Shown here: piece after piece, positions 31,046 through 41,811 of the stretch
Position numbering within the stretch: the first letter of the stretch is position 1
Layout: every line of letters starts with the position of its first letter
NCBI GenBank assembly: GCA_964202895.1
Contig: CAXNJM010000001.1
Location: forward strand, 254,943 to 318,942
Length of the DNA stretch: 64,000 nt
Source of the DNA: Rickettsiales bacterium UBA1997
GTDB lineage: Bacteria > Pseudomonadota > Alphaproteobacteria > Rickettsiales > UBA1997
Reading direction: 5' to 3'
Notes under the pieces: model-generated
What the model was told of the DNA's origin: nothing
Database searches by the model: none
What the model saw: the letters and a program-made list of their open reading frames with translations, nothing else
Made by a program: the position numbers and the translations under genes

Positions 31046-33802
31046 TTACAAACTTCTTTTTTGTTCGGTTATTTCATAGCATTCAATGATATCTTTTTCT
31101 TTAATATCATCGTAACCATCTATTGAAAAACCGCATTCAAAACCATTTTTAACCTCTTTTACATCGTCTTTAAATCGTTTTAAAGTTTTTAATGTACCAT
31201 CATGAACTATTACATTATCTCTTAACAGTCTAATTTTGCCATTCTTTTTTACGATACCATCAATTACTGATCCGCCAGCTATTTTTCCTGATCCAGATAT
31301 CTTAAATATTTGACGAATTTCTGCCTTGCCAAGATATTGTTCATTTTTAGTTGGATTCAACATTCCAGAGAGAAGCATTTTTAGATCATCAACGACATTA
31401 TAAATTATTGAATAATAGCGAATATCTATTGACTTATTTTCCGCAAGCTCTTTAGCATCATTGTTAGCTCTAACATTAAAACCAATAATAATTGCATTAG
31501 AAACCACTGCTAAATTAACATCGCTTTGTGTAATTCCACCTGTAGCGCCATGAATAACTTTAATCGCAACTTCTTCGTTATTTAATTTTAATATACTGCC
31601 GTGCAATGCTTCTACAGAACCATGAGCATCGCCTTTTATTAATACATTAAGATATTTTAGACTGCCTTTTCCTGATTCTTTAAAAACATCAGCAAAGCTC
31701 CTTGCTGAATTTTTCATTGATTTCTCTTCCTTTAGTTTGCGGAATCTATAAGAAGATATCTCTCTAGCATCTTTTTCTTCATTAACTTCAACAAAATTAT
31801 CTCCAGAACTTGGAGCACTATCTAAACCCAGCAATTCAACTGGCATAGAAGGTGTAGCGGTTTTTATATTCTTACCTTTATCGTCAGTCATTTTTCTTAC
31901 TCTGCCAAAAGCAGTACCTGCAACCACTATATCACCTACATCAAGAGTTCCTTTCTGAACTAAAACCGTTACAACAACACCTTTATTGTTATCAACTCTA
32001 GACTCAATCACTACACCACTTGATTTTCCTTGGTAACGACTTTTTAAATCAAGCATTTCAGCCTGCAACAATATGGCTTCTTCAAGTTTATCAAGATTAA
32101 TTTTTTGCTTTGCAGAAACCTCTACGAACATTGATTCTCCACCCAATTCTTCTGCAATGATACTGTGAGAAAGTAATTCATTTTTAACTCTACTTGGATC
32201 GCAACCAGGCTTATCAATTTTATTAACCGCAACTATAACGGGAACATTAGCCGCTTTTGCATGATTTATAGCCTCAATTGTTTGCTCTTTAACACCGTCA
32301 TCAGCAGCAACAACTAGTATAACTATATCAGTAACATTTGCACCCCTTGACCTCATTTCAGTAAAAGCTTCGTGACCAGGTGTATCAAGAAATGTTATAA
32401 ATTTTCCGCTATTGGTTTTTATTCTTGATGCACCAATATGCTGAGTGATTCCCCCGTGCTCACCTTGAACTACGTTAGTTTCTCTTAAGGCATCGAGAAG
32501 AGAGGTTTTCCCGTGATCGACATGTCCCATAATTGTAACAACTGGAGCTCTAGATAATTTCTCAAACTCCATTTCATCTTCTTCTAAAACATTTTCAACA
32601 TCAGCAAAAGCTACTCTTTTAGCAATATGACCAAATTCTGATATTACTATTTCCGCAGTATCGACATCAATTACTTGATTGCTTGTTGCAATAGTGCCCA
32701 TTGCAAATAGTTTTTTTACAACATCTCCAACTTTTTCAGCCATTCTCTCTGAAAGATCGGCGACAGTTATTAATTCTGGCAAACTAACTTCTCTAATAAT
32801 TTTCTTGTAATCTTTATTGTCTTTTAACTCGATCTTTTTTTGCTTTCTTCTTCTGCGGGAAAAATCTTCATCTTCATCTTGACCGCTACCGATAAAATAT
32901 GTTAATCTTCTGCTGTTGATTTTTTCGTCTTTTACATTTCTTTTTTTACCTTTTGAATCTAAGTCTTCGACTTCAGCATAGCTAGGCTTAGCTTTTGATT
33001 TCCTTTCTTTTTCAATTACAGCTTTTTCGTTTGTTATTTTTTGCTGAACCACTTTTTGTTTATCTATTTTTTCTAACTCTAATCTCTTTTTTTCTTGAGT
33101 GAATTTTTCTTTTTCCTCCTTCTCCCTGTTGCTATTTTCAATACTCTGCTTAATTTTATTTCTTACATCAAAATTGTCGATAACAAAAACTTTTTTCTTA
33201 ATCAAAGTATGGTTTTTATTTTCAATTTTTTCTTCTCTGTTGTTTTTATCCTCAACATTATCCAAACTCAATTTTGAATTATTTTTATTATCGATAAAAC
33301 TTAATTCTACAGAAGTATTGCTAGCATTATTTTTTTCAGAAATTATTTCTGAAGGTGCAATTTTGTCGCTCTCTAATGTTGGCTCTAAGCTTATTTCAAT
33401 ATCTTTGCTTTCAGAATTATCTATTAAAATACTTTCTTGCTCCTTCTCTTTATTTAATTTAATTAATTCAGAATTCTTTTTATTTACCGCGATTTTTTCC
33501 AAAACATTTAATTTATCGTTAATTTTTATCTCATTAACAAAAGAATCTTTAGAATTTTTTGATATAGCTCTAGCTCTCGCTTCAAATTCTCTAACATCAA
33601 GACTTGATTGAAATTCACCAACCGTGGAAGATGAGTCTTTTTTTCGACCTTTTATTGTAACTTGAACGGCCGATCTATTAAATTTAACATCTTCAAAACC
33701 TTTAGATTTACCAACTAAAGATTTTGTATCAACATTAGCTGGCATTTTTAACTTCAAAGTAAGTTTGGAACGACCAGAATCGCCATCTTTATTGTTTTGC
33801 AT
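31046..33802 (-). CDS. infB: Translation initiation factor IF-2
   Basis: GHVDHGKT, GGITQHIGA, DTPGHEAF, NKID and LKRFKDD motifs. Confidence 0.98.
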   Translation of the reverse strand: MQNNKDGDSGRSKLTLKLKMPANVDTKSLVGKSKGFEDVKFNRSAVQVTIKGRKKDSSSTVGEFQSSLDVREFEARARAISKNSKDSFVNEIKINDKLNVLEKIAVNKKNSELIKLNKEKEQESILIDNSESKDIEISLEPTLESDKIAPSEIISEKNNASNTSVELSFIDNKNNSKLSLDNVEDKNNREEKIENKNHTLIKKKVFVIDNFDVRNKIKQSIENSNREKEEKEKFTQEKKRLELEKIDKQKVVQQKITNEKAVIEKERKSKAKPSYAEVEDLDSKGKKRNVKDEKINSRRLTYFIGSGQDEDEDFSRRRRKQKKIELKDNKDYKKIIREVSLPELITVADLSERMAEKVGDVVKKLFAMGTIATSNQVIDVDTAEIVISEFGHIAKRVAFADVENVLEEDEMEFEKLSRAPVVTIMGHVDHGKTSLLDALRETNVVQGEHGGITQHIGASRIKTNSGKFITFLDTPGHEAFTEMRSRGANVTDIVILVVAADDGVKEQTIEAINHAKAANVPVIVAVNKIDKPGCDPSRVKNELLSHSIIAEELGGESMFVEVSAKQKINLDKLEEAILLQAEMLDLKSRYQGKSSGVVIESRVDNNKGVVVTVLVQKGTLDVGDIVVAGTAFGRVRKMTDDKGKNIKTATPSMPVELLGLDSAPSSGDNFVEVNEEKDAREISSYRFRKLKEEKSMKNSARSFADVFKESGKGSLKYLNVLIKGDAHGSVEALHGSILKLNNEEVAIKVIHGATGGITQSDVNLAVVSNAIIIGFNVRANNDAKELAENKSIDIRYYSIIYNVVDDLKMLLSGMLNPTKNEQYLGKAEIRQIFKISGSGKIAGGSVIDGIVKKNGKIRLLRDNVIVHDGTLKTLKRFKDDVKEVKNGFECGFSIDGYDDIKEKDIIECYEITEQKRSL

Positions 33803-33880
33803 ATTTATAATCTTATTTGTGGCAAAGCCATTAATTTATGTTCAATTTTATAAAAGATATAAAATGACAGGTTAAGAATT

Positions 33881-35170
33881 TTAAGAAATTTTTTGCAAAT
33901 ATTCTTCTGCTCTTTTCTTAATTTCTTTAGCTAAATCTTCATCAAAACCTTCAATTGATTGAATTTCAGAAATTTCTGCAGAAGCAAGATCTTCGACTGA
34001 TAAAAAGCCTTCCGAAGCTAATAAATTAGCTATCATATCTTCAACATCAAGAGCTTCAACAAACAAAGAAGATGCTTGATTAAATTCAGCAGTTCTACGA
34101 ACAGATTCTTGATCGTCGGTAATAACATCAATTTTATAACCAATTAAACGAGATGCTAATTTTACATTCTGACCACCTCTTCCAATAGCTAGACTTAATT
34201 GATCTTCCTTTACCACCACTTCAATTAACTTGTTTTCTTCATCAACGATAACTTTATTTATTTTAGCTGGAGTAAGTGAATTTATCGCCATTTCTGCAAT
34301 ATTGGATGAATATTTGATAATATCAATTTTTTCACCCTTCAATTCTGAACTTACCGACTGAACTCTACTGCCTCTAATTCCAATAAAAGAGCCAATTGTA
34401 TCGATATCTTCTCTTCTGGAATAAATTGCAATTTTAGCTCTAGATCCAGCATCTCTAGCAACCGCTTTAACTTCGATATTTCCATCATAAAGCTCTGGAA
34501 CCTCTTGCTCGAATAGTTTTATTAAAAAATTAGAGTGAGTTCTTGATAAAAATATTTGGGCACCACTTTCTTCTCTTCTAACATCTTCAATATAAACTCT
34601 AACTCTGTCCCCAACTTTAAAGTTTTCTTTTGGTATTAGGCCCGTTTCATGAATTACAGCTTCATAACCATCAACTTCCATAACGATATTTTTTAGACCA
34701 ACTTTTTTGACTGAAGCACTTACTATTTCTCCAATTTTGCCTTTAAATTCATTATATTCCTTATTTTTTTCTGCATCTCTTATTTTTTTAATTATTTCGT
34801 TTCTAGCAACTTGAGCAACAACGCGATTGAGATCGATAGGAGGTAATTCTCTGGCGATAAAATCTCCGATTTCAGCTTCCAACTCTTCTTGCTTAGCATC
34901 TTGCAATGATATATGAGTTCTAGAGTCAAAACCTTCAATTTCGTCGCTAGAAACAACTTCAAGATTATTAAATAACTTAATTGAGCCTGTTTTACGATCA
35001 ATTTTACAATCAATAATCAAATGATTGCCATATTTTTTTTTGGCAGCCAGTTTAATTCCTTCTTCCATTGCAAAAACAACTTCTTGCGGAGATATTCCTT
35101 TTTCGTGCGCTATATTTTCAGCAACTAATAGTATCTCTTTATTACCCATTACAGTAAGATTGCTTCCCAT
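33881..35170 (-). CDS. nusA: Transcription termination factor NusA
   Basis: LSRT, QEVPE, AR.AG.RAK, G.RG.RV and LSLAIGRGGQNV.LA motifs. Confidence 0.97.
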   Translation of the reverse strand: MGSNLTVMGNKEILLVAENIAHEKGISPQEVVFAMEEGIKLAAKKKYGNHLIIDCKIDRKTGSIKLFNNLEVVSSDEIEGFDSRTHISLQDAKQEELEAEIGDFIARELPPIDLNRVVAQVARNEIIKKIRDAEKNKEYNEFKGKIGEIVSASVKKVGLKNIVMEVDGYEAVIHETGLIPKENFKVGDRVRVYIEDVRREESGAQIFLSRTHSNFLIKLFEQEVPELYDGNIEVKAVARDAGSRAKIAIYSRREDIDTIGSFIGIRGSRVQSVSSELKGEKIDIIKYSSNIAEMAINSLTPAKINKVIVDEENKLIEVVVKEDQLSLAIGRGGQNVKLASRLIGYKIDVITDDQESVRRTAEFNQASSLFVEALDVEDMIANLLASEGFLSVEDLASAEISEIQSIEGFDEDLAKEIKKRAEEYLQKIS

Positions 35171-35389
35171 TTATTAAAATAAGTTTAATTATTGATAAAA
35201 TCTAAAGTTAAAATAACTTTAATACTATTGACGACTCCTAAAATTTGAGCCCTTAAATTTACTAGATTACACTAATTACAAGTTTTAATTCTGCAACTAA
35301 AATTAAGTAAGAGAAAATAAAAACCGAAATTTAACTATAAAACTTTTTAAATCAAGCCCTGCTTTCTAATTTTATTGATTTTCACCATT

Positions 35390-35677
35390 TTATTTATTTA
35401 TTTTGCGAGATTTTTTAAAAACACGATCGCTACTAGACTTAGAAAACATGAGCTTTAATAAGTTTTTAGAAAAAAATAGAAAACCAAACAAAAGGCCGGC
35501 AGTAAAAAATAACATCATTATTATAAAAAGCCTAGTCTCAATTTCAAAAGGAAAAGGCCAGCTATTTATAATCACAGCTTGACGATTGTTAACCATAAAA
35601 ATAGTTAACAATGTTAGTAATAAAAATAATATTATCTTCTTTAAAAAATTGATAATTTTAAAAATAACTTTAATCAT
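35390..35677 (-). CDS. LapA (lipopolysaccharide assembly protein A) family small membrane protein
   Basis: TM1-F.V.N...V....WP-TM2 with F..G.L.G pattern and basic tail. Confidence 0.7.
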   Translation of the reverse strand: MIKVIFKIINFLKKIILFLLLTLLTIFMVNNRQAVIINSWPFPFEIETRLFIIMMLFFTAGLLFGFLFFSKNLLKLMFSKSSSDRVFKKSRKINK

Positions 35678-35729
35678 TGATTAATAATTTAATGCTTTAC
35701 TGAATAAAAACCCTAATTTTGATTTTAGT

Positions 35730-36587
35730 CTATAATTTCGCAAGTAAAATATCGTTTAATTTTTGGTTAAAAACTTCTTTTACTCCAAACCACATCTCAA
35801 AGCCTACTAAAGCCTGATTTATTAACATACCTATTCCAGTTACTATTGGATTATTTTGAGATTGAGCCCGCGACAATAAATCAGTGAATAGTGGCTTATA
35901 AACTATATCCGCGACAATTGAGTCTTTTGGTAGGTTTGATATATCAATTTTTAAAGGATCTTGATTTATCATGCCTAAAGATGTTGTATTTACTAAGAAA
36001 TCACACTCTTTAATTCTGAACTGAAATTCTTTAAAATCAATATATTCAATCAAGCAATTATTACTTAATGCAAGATTATAAAAATTATCAACCACTTTTA
36101 ATGCTTTTTCCTTGTTACGATTGGTAATTATTATTTTTTTTACTCCTTGCATAATAAAAGAATAAATTATTGCCCTTGAAGCACCTCCTGCACCAATTAT
36201 AAATATTGTTTTATCCTTCAAAGATAACTTAGGATGATGCCACAAAACATTATCCATAAAACCCTGAGCATCAGAATTTTCGCCATATAAGCTTCCATCT
36301 TTTTTAATTAAAACAGTATTAACAGCCTTTGTTAATTTTGCTACCTCGCTAACATTTTGACACATTTTAAAAACTTCTTCTTTATGAGGTATTGTAACAT
36401 TAAAACCAGCAAAACCTTTATCAATTAATGTTTTCACTTCTTGTTGCAAATCTTCTTTGGCAACTAAAAGTGATTGATAATAACCTGAAATATTATTTTT
36501 TTTTAAATAAAAATTATGAATCATTGGAGATAAAGAATGAGATATTGGATCTCCTATTACTCCAGCAAAAATTGAGTTGCTTTGCAT
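35730..36587 (-). CDS. aroE: Shikimate dehydrogenase
   Basis: G.PISHSLSP, GFNVTIPHK, AVNT, GAGGA, NTTSLGM and DIVY.P motifs. Confidence 0.96.
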   Translation of the reverse strand: MQSNSIFAGVIGDPISHSLSPMIHNFYLKKNNISGYYQSLLVAKEDLQQEVKTLIDKGFAGFNVTIPHKEEVFKMCQNVSEVAKLTKAVNTVLIKKDGSLYGENSDAQGFMDNVLWHHPKLSLKDKTIFIIGAGGASRAIIYSFIMQGVKKIIITNRNKEKALKVVDNFYNLALSNNCLIEYIDFKEFQFRIKECDFLVNTTSLGMINQDPLKIDISNLPKDSIVADIVYKPLFTDLLSRAQSQNNPIVTGIGMLINQALVGFEMWFGVKEVFNQKLNDILLAKL

Positions 36588-36633
36588 TTTATATTCTTTA
36601 AGTTTAGATGAATAAGATTTTACAGCGATTATG

Positions 36634-36708
36634 TGGAGGCCGGGGTCGGAATCGAACCGACGAATGAAAGCTTTGCAGGCTCTTGCATTACCACTTTGCT
36701 ACCCAGCC
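36634..36708 (-). tRNA. tRNA-Cys(GCA)
   Basis: Reverse complement GGCTGGGTAGCAAAGTGGTAATGCAAGAGCCTGCAAAGCTTTCATTCGTCGGTTCGATTCCGACCCCGGCCTCCA: anticodon GCA, U73 discriminator, CCA. Confidence 0.96.
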
Positions 36709-36852
36709 AATAAATTAGACTTGCACTAATAATTTTTATGACTTTTGATTAAATTTGATAAAAAATTAAAAAATATTTGCAAAAATAAAAATTTTCATCA
36801 ATTTAAAAAAACTATTATTTAAATAGCAAGCTTTTTTAATAAAATTATAATT

Positions 36853-38106
36853 ATGAAACTTTACCAACATAAATTTATCAATCTTGAAAAGGAAGACTTT
36901 AAAAATTTAGAATCTTTAAATTTAAAAAATAACCACAACAAAGATTTGGATTTAAGTGCATCTCTTAATCATCATTATAAATTGATGAAAGACGAAATAT
37001 CAAAAAATCAGATTGCAGAAATTTCAATGATTTATGATGAAGAAAATTTTAACAACTCAATATACCTATTTCAAAAACTCAAAGATTTTGAAAATATTAT
37101 CGTTTTGGCAACTGGCGGGTCAAGCCTTGGCGGTAAAAGCTTTGCCTCACTAAATAATGAAAATAAATTGATTTTCATTGAATCAATTGATCCTGAAACA
37201 ATAAATTATCAACTTAAAAATGTAAATTTTCAAAAAACCGCTTTTTTAGTGATTAGTAAATCTGGCGAAACAATTGAAACAATATGTCAAACCTTGATAA
37301 TTATCAATATTTTACAAGAATTGAACTTAAAACCCGTTAATCATTTATTTTTTATTAGCAACTCTACCGAAAATACCATCGCTAAAATTGCCAAAGAAAT
37401 AGGCTCAGAAATTCACCATCATCCATCAATTAGCGGAAGATATTCTTGTTTTTCAATAGTTGGATTAGTTCCTGCATTGATAGCTGGGCTTGATATTAAA
37501 AAAATTCATCAAGGAGCGCAATTAGCAATTTCTGAATTTATCAATGACGAAAACATAAAAAATGCCTGCTTTAATCAATTGAAGTTATATAGCATAGGCT
37601 TTAGAAATAGTGTTTTTATGCCTTATATCGATAACTTAAAAAACTTTAATGATTGGTATAGGCAAATTTGTGCCGAATCTTTGGGGAAAAATAATTTTGG
37701 AATAACTCCAATCAATTCAATGGGAACAATTGATCAACATAGCCAATTGCAACTGTATTTAGATGGTCCAAATGATAAATTTTTTACTTTCATTATTGCA
37801 GATAATTATAAAAAAGACTTTATCATCAAAGGCACAAATCAAAATAAAACAATTTTTGATAACTATAAAATTAGTGAAATATTAAAAATTGAGTTTAAAG
37901 CAACAATTGCAACACTTAAGAACCATAATTTACCTATTAGGATTTTTGAAATAGAAAATCTCAACGAAGAATCTCTAGGAAAAATAATGATGCAAATGAT
38001 GTTAGAAATTATATTGATTGCTAAAGTGCAAGGATTCAGCCCATTCGATCAACCAGCAATTGAAATGAGAAAGATTTTGGCAAAAGAATTTTTAAAAAAT
38101 AATTAG
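36853..38106 (+). CDS. pgi: Glucose-6-phosphate isomerase (short form)
   Basis: GGSSLG, ISKSG.T.ET, GRYS, AESLGK, G..DQHSQLQ and PFDQP..E..K motifs. Confidence 0.9.
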   Translation: MKLYQHKFINLEKEDFKNLESLNLKNNHNKDLDLSASLNHHYKLMKDEISKNQIAEISMIYDEENFNNSIYLFQKLKDFENIIVLATGGSSLGGKSFASLNNENKLIFIESIDPETINYQLKNVNFQKTAFLVISKSGETIETICQTLIIINILQELNLKPVNHLFFISNSTENTIAKIAKEIGSEIHHHPSISGRYSCFSIVGLVPALIAGLDIKKIHQGAQLAISEFINDENIKNACFNQLKLYSIGFRNSVFMPYIDNLKNFNDWYRQICAESLGKNNFGITPINSMGTIDQHSQLQLYLDGPNDKFFTFIIADNYKKDFIIKGTNQNKTIFDNYKISEILKIEFKATIATLKNHNLPIRIFEIENLNEESLGKIMMQMMLEIILIAKVQGFSPFDQPAIEMRKILAKEFLKNN

Positions 38107-38116
38107 ATAAATAAAA

Positions 38117-38635
38117 ATGACTATCAAAAAAATTATTCAGATATCTTTTAAACAATTAATGGCATTAACCATATTTTATTCAATATCGCCATTAATAATT
38201 GCCTATATCAGCGAATATTATTTCGATTATAAGCCTTGCAAACTATGTATTTATCAGCGATTAATATATTTTATAATGATAATTTTTTGCTTTTTATCAA
38301 TTAAATTTATTAAACATCAAAAAAAACAAAAAATATCAATATTTCTTCTTGCGACAATAACTTTTTTTGAATTTTTGGTCGCTGGTTATCATAGCGGAAT
38401 TGAGGCGAAGATTTTCTCATTACCAAGTGGATGCAAAAGCAATAATTCAATAGATTACAATCAAACTACAGAATCTCTTGCTCAAATACTTAAAGATAAT
38501 TCATTTGCAAGTTGCGATGTTCCAACGGCATTTTTTCTTGGTATGTCTATGGCAAGTTGGAATGCAATATATTCATTATTTTTATTGATTTCAATAATCG
38601 CATCTTATTCTTATGTAAATTTTAAAAAATTATAA
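38117..38635 (+). CDS. dsbB: Disulfide bond formation protein DsbB family
   Basis: PCKLCIYQR, four TM segments, YH.G.E, second Cys pair and LG.SMA.WN. Confidence 0.88.
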   Translation: MTIKKIIQISFKQLMALTIFYSISPLIIAYISEYYFDYKPCKLCIYQRLIYFIMIIFCFLSIKFIKHQKKQKISIFLLATITFFEFLVAGYHSGIEAKIFSLPSGCKSNNSIDYNQTTESLAQILKDNSFASCDVPTAFFLGMSMASWNAIYSLFLLISIIASYSYVNFKKL

Positions 38636-39325
38636 ATGTTCACAATCAACCCCACCTTAGCTGAAGATAGCTTATTTATTGATAAGTTATCAATATCTCA
38701 AGTTAGAATAATCAAAGACTCAAATTATCCTTGGATAATACTGGTTCCAGAAATAATAAATAGTAAAAATCAAACAATAGCAGAAATAATCGATTTGAAT
38801 TGGGATCAACAATTAGAACTGTTAAAAGAAATAAATTTTATCTCTCAATTTTTGCAGAAAAATTACAGGCCAGCTAAACTTAATGTTGCCAATTTAGGGA
38901 ATATTGTTTCGCAATTACACATTCATTTAATTGCAAGATTTGAGAATGATAAATCCTTTCCAAGCCCAGTTTGGGGCTTTACACCAAAAGAAAAATATAC
39001 AGATGAAGATTTGTTAAAAATGACTGAAAAATTAAAAAACTTTATAACTAATTATAAGTGGTTTTTTAATGAAAATCACAATATTATCAATAAGTTGATT
39101 TATCGCTCTAATTATAGAGGTTGTAAAGAAACTGATTTTTTAATTGGAAATTTTGCCAAAGAAATGTTAATAAAAATGAGTGCCGTAGAATTATTAAATT
39201 TTGATTTATTTCTTAACGAGGAAGATGTCGAAATATATGATTGGGTGCTAGGAAAATCAGCCTCACCAAAACATTATAGCGAATTAATAGAAAAAATATC
39301 TTCTTTCTATAATCTTAATAAATAA
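38636..39325 (+). CDS. Fusion of a HIT-family domain and SdhE (succinate dehydrogenase flavinylation factor)
   Basis: N-terminal YPW.ILVP, KLNVANLGNIV.QLHIH..AR and P.PVWG (HIT); C-terminal KLIYRS.YRGCKE.D..IG.FA...D..IYDW (SdhE RGxxE). Confidence 0.85.
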   Translation: MFTINPTLAEDSLFIDKLSISQVRIIKDSNYPWIILVPEIINSKNQTIAEIIDLNWDQQLELLKEINFISQFLQKNYRPAKLNVANLGNIVSQLHIHLIARFENDKSFPSPVWGFTPKEKYTDEDLLKMTEKLKNFITNYKWFFNENHNIINKLIYRSNYRGCKETDFLIGNFAKEMLIKMSAVELLNFDLFLNEEDVEIYDWVLGKSASPKHYSELIEKISSFYNLNK

Positions 39326-39327
39326 AT

Positions 39328-40212
39328 TTAATTCTTTTTTAAAAAAATTTGATAAGTTCGATGAAAATGATAATTAAATTCAGCCCCCAAAATGAATATC
39401 AAGGCCATTAAGTAAAAAAACATTAATGCACTAATAACTCCAGCAAGAGAGCCATAAACAATATTAAATTGATTAAAATTAGTCACATAAAATACAAATA
39501 TTTTAAACAAAACAATTGAAAGAACAGAAACTAAAAGAGACCCCGGAATAGTTTGAGTAATTTTTTGTCTAGAACTAGGAATGAAAAAATATAACAGCGA
39601 ATTTGCGAAAAATAATAATGCAAAAATTAAAAAATAGCGAAAATGCAGAAATCTTACATTAAAATCAAAATTCAATAAAAATTTTTTTTCAATAAAATTT
39701 AAAATATCCGGAATGATAATAAAAATAAACATCCCAACAATCATTAAAAAAACTACAATGAAGAACTCCACAATACTCAGCAACCTTCTTAAAATGTAAG
39801 GCGGGGGGAAGTGAACCCTATAAGCTCTATTTAAAATAGTCCGACAGCCCTCAACCGAGGAAGATGCGGTCCAGATAATGCCAATAATCGCAATAGTTAA
39901 GAATTGTTGCGGAGGGCCAGATATTATCTCCATAATTCTAGGCTTTAAAAACCCTAACATATCTTTTGGCAATGCTTCTAGTAATATTTCAATGATTTCT
40001 AGTCCGGCATTTGATGCACCGATATATCCAGCAATTGAAATCAAAAAAATTAAAAAGGGAAATAAAGATAAAAAACTTAAAAATGCTAGATAGCCAGCAT
40101 GCTCTACTCCATCTTGCCTAATGACATCTATTAAAGAAATACGAAGTATTTTTAAGGGAATAAAAAAATATTTACGAAAATAATAGGAAGATTTTGATCT
40201 TTGTTTTTTCAT
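39328..40212 (-). CDS. YihY/BrkB family membrane protein
   Basis: AG.LAF..FLSLFP, LNRAY, YGSLA and LGAEFN motifs. Confidence 0.9.
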   Translation of the reverse strand: MKKQRSKSSYYFRKYFFIPLKILRISLIDVIRQDGVEHAGYLAFLSFLSLFPFLIFLISIAGYIGASNAGLEIIEILLEALPKDMLGFLKPRIMEIISGPPQQFLTIAIIGIIWTASSSVEGCRTILNRAYRVHFPPPYILRRLLSIVEFFIVVFLMIVGMFIFIIIPDILNFIEKKFLLNFDFNVRFLHFRYFLIFALLFFANSLLYFFIPSSRQKITQTIPGSLLVSVLSIVLFKIFVFYVTNFNQFNIVYGSLAGVISALMFFYLMALIFILGAEFNYHFHRTYQIFLKKN

Positions 40213-40266
40213 GTCAATAAATTAGAAACTCGATGATTACAAAGAAATTAAAAATAACACTATATT

Positions 40267-40800
40267 TTATGGACAAATCTCTCTCATCCTTGCATAGCCT
40301 TTTGCAAAACCTTTTAAATTATATTCATCAATTGAATATTTGCCAATTGATGAATCAGACCTTGAGATAAGGGTATTGCTACCTATAATTTTTTGGATTA
40401 TTTTTGGATTATCGTTTTCGTTAATAGGCCATGCAACATTATCATTGGCTATAAAATCGTAATTTTTATTGTCTATTAAAACCAAAACAATTGATTTAAA
40501 CTTATATTCAAAACCTGCAGATAAAGAAACCTCCTCTACTCTTGTTTTAGTAGAGCGAGAAATCATTAGGAAAGGCTGTTCTCTTTTTGTGTAGTCAGTT
40601 TCTCCGAGGGTTGATTTATTAACCAAATAGCACAATTTTTCATATTCCGAAATTTCTTTTTCGAATAATGTCCAGTTGCCAAAACGACTATCTATGGTTT
40701 GTGACAAGGCATTATAATTAAAAAATAAAATGATAAAAATTTGAAATTTAAAAAACCTAATTAAATTTTTTAATAAATTAAGAAATTCTTTGAAAAGCAT
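40267..40800 (-). CDS. Invasion-associated locus B (IalB)-family exported protein
   Basis: Signal-like N-terminus; FG.W, K.CY, AW and D.Y.L.GF..Y......C motifs. Confidence 0.75.
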   Translation of the reverse strand: MLFKEFLNLLKNLIRFFKFQIFIILFFNYNALSQTIDSRFGNWTLFEKEISEYEKLCYLVNKSTLGETDYTKREQPFLMISRSTKTRVEEVSLSAGFEYKFKSIVLVLIDNKNYDFIANDNVAWPINENDNPKIIQKIIGSNTLISRSDSSIGKYSIDEYNLKGFAKGYARMREICP

Positions 40801-41797
40801 AGATTAAAATTTGTTTTAAGTGTTCTTTTGCGGTTGAATCTTGAAATACCGCTAAGGAATTTATAGCTTTCTGATAATGCTGATTTGCTATATCTAAAGA
40901 TTTTTCAATTGATTTATACTTTTTAACCAGTTCTAGAATTAATTCAAAATCTTTAGCATCTTTATTGCTAGAGGATAAATTTTTAAGAAATATTTCTTTG
41001 ATTAAAGCGATATCTTGAGAATTGTTGATTTTGTTGGCTTCTATTATTGTAATTATTATTGGCAGAGTAATTTTTCCTTCAAAAAAATCATCACCCAATT
41101 GCTTGCCAATTGAATTTTCATCTCCGATATAATCAAGAATATCGTCAACTATTTGAAAAATAATACCTAAATTTTTGCCAAATATTTTCAAAGAATCAAT
41201 TTCTTCGCAACTTCCTACATTTATAATCCCAGCAACTTCTGTAGAGGCAGAAAATAAAACTGCAGTTTTTGAATTGATTATTTCTAAATATTTTTCAATT
41301 GTTAAGTTTATTTCTGCAAAATTTTCTAGTTGCATTACTTCGCCATCAGCTATCTCGCTTGAAACTTTTGAAAGCAATGCTAGAGCTTCAAGGTTTTTTG
41401 TCTTAACCATCAACTGAAATGCAATAGAAAAAAGATAATCACCAACTAAAATGCTTGATTTATTATCCCACATTGAATTAGCGGTTCTTTTCCCTCTTCG
41501 CACCTCGCTATTATCAACCACATCATCATGAAGTAATGTTGCGGTGTGTATCATTTCAATGGCGGAAGCTAGATAATAAACATTATCGCTTAATAAGTTT
41601 TTAGAGTTATTGCGGTTAAATAAATTGTTTGCAATCATTAATAGCAAAGGCCTAATTCTCTTGCCTCCAGAATTAACTAAGTGACTCGATATCTCCTTAA
41701 TTAGATGAGATTTTCCGCTTGCAAAATTGATTATAATTTCATTTACTTTTTCAATATCTTTAGCGAAATAATCGATAATTTTTTTAATATCAGCCAT
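40778..41797 (-). CDS. ispB: Polyprenyl (octaprenyl/decaprenyl) diphosphate synthase
   Basis: GGKRIRP, LLHDDVVD...RRG, KTA and FQIVDDILD motifs. Confidence 0.93.
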   Translation of the reverse strand: MADIKKIIDYFAKDIEKVNEIIINFASGKSHLIKEISSHLVNSGGKRIRPLLLMIANNLFNRNNSKNLLSDNVYYLASAIEMIHTATLLHDDVVDNSEVRRGKRTANSMWDNKSSILVGDYLFSIAFQLMVKTKNLEALALLSKVSSEIADGEVMQLENFAEINLTIEKYLEIINSKTAVLFSASTEVAGIINVGSCEEIDSLKIFGKNLGIIFQIVDDILDYIGDENSIGKQLGDDFFEGKITLPIIITIIEANKINNSQDIALIKEIFLKNLSSSNKDAKDFELILELVKKYKSIEKSLDIANQHYQKAINSLAVFQDSTAKEHLKQILIYAFQRIS

Positions 41798-41811
41798 CTT
41801 TATTTTAATTT

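Noticed and set aside
35171-35389. Possible rimP-leader-like hairpin upstream of nusA
   Set aside because: Only a weak GGGCTC/GAGTC pairing; not enough to call.
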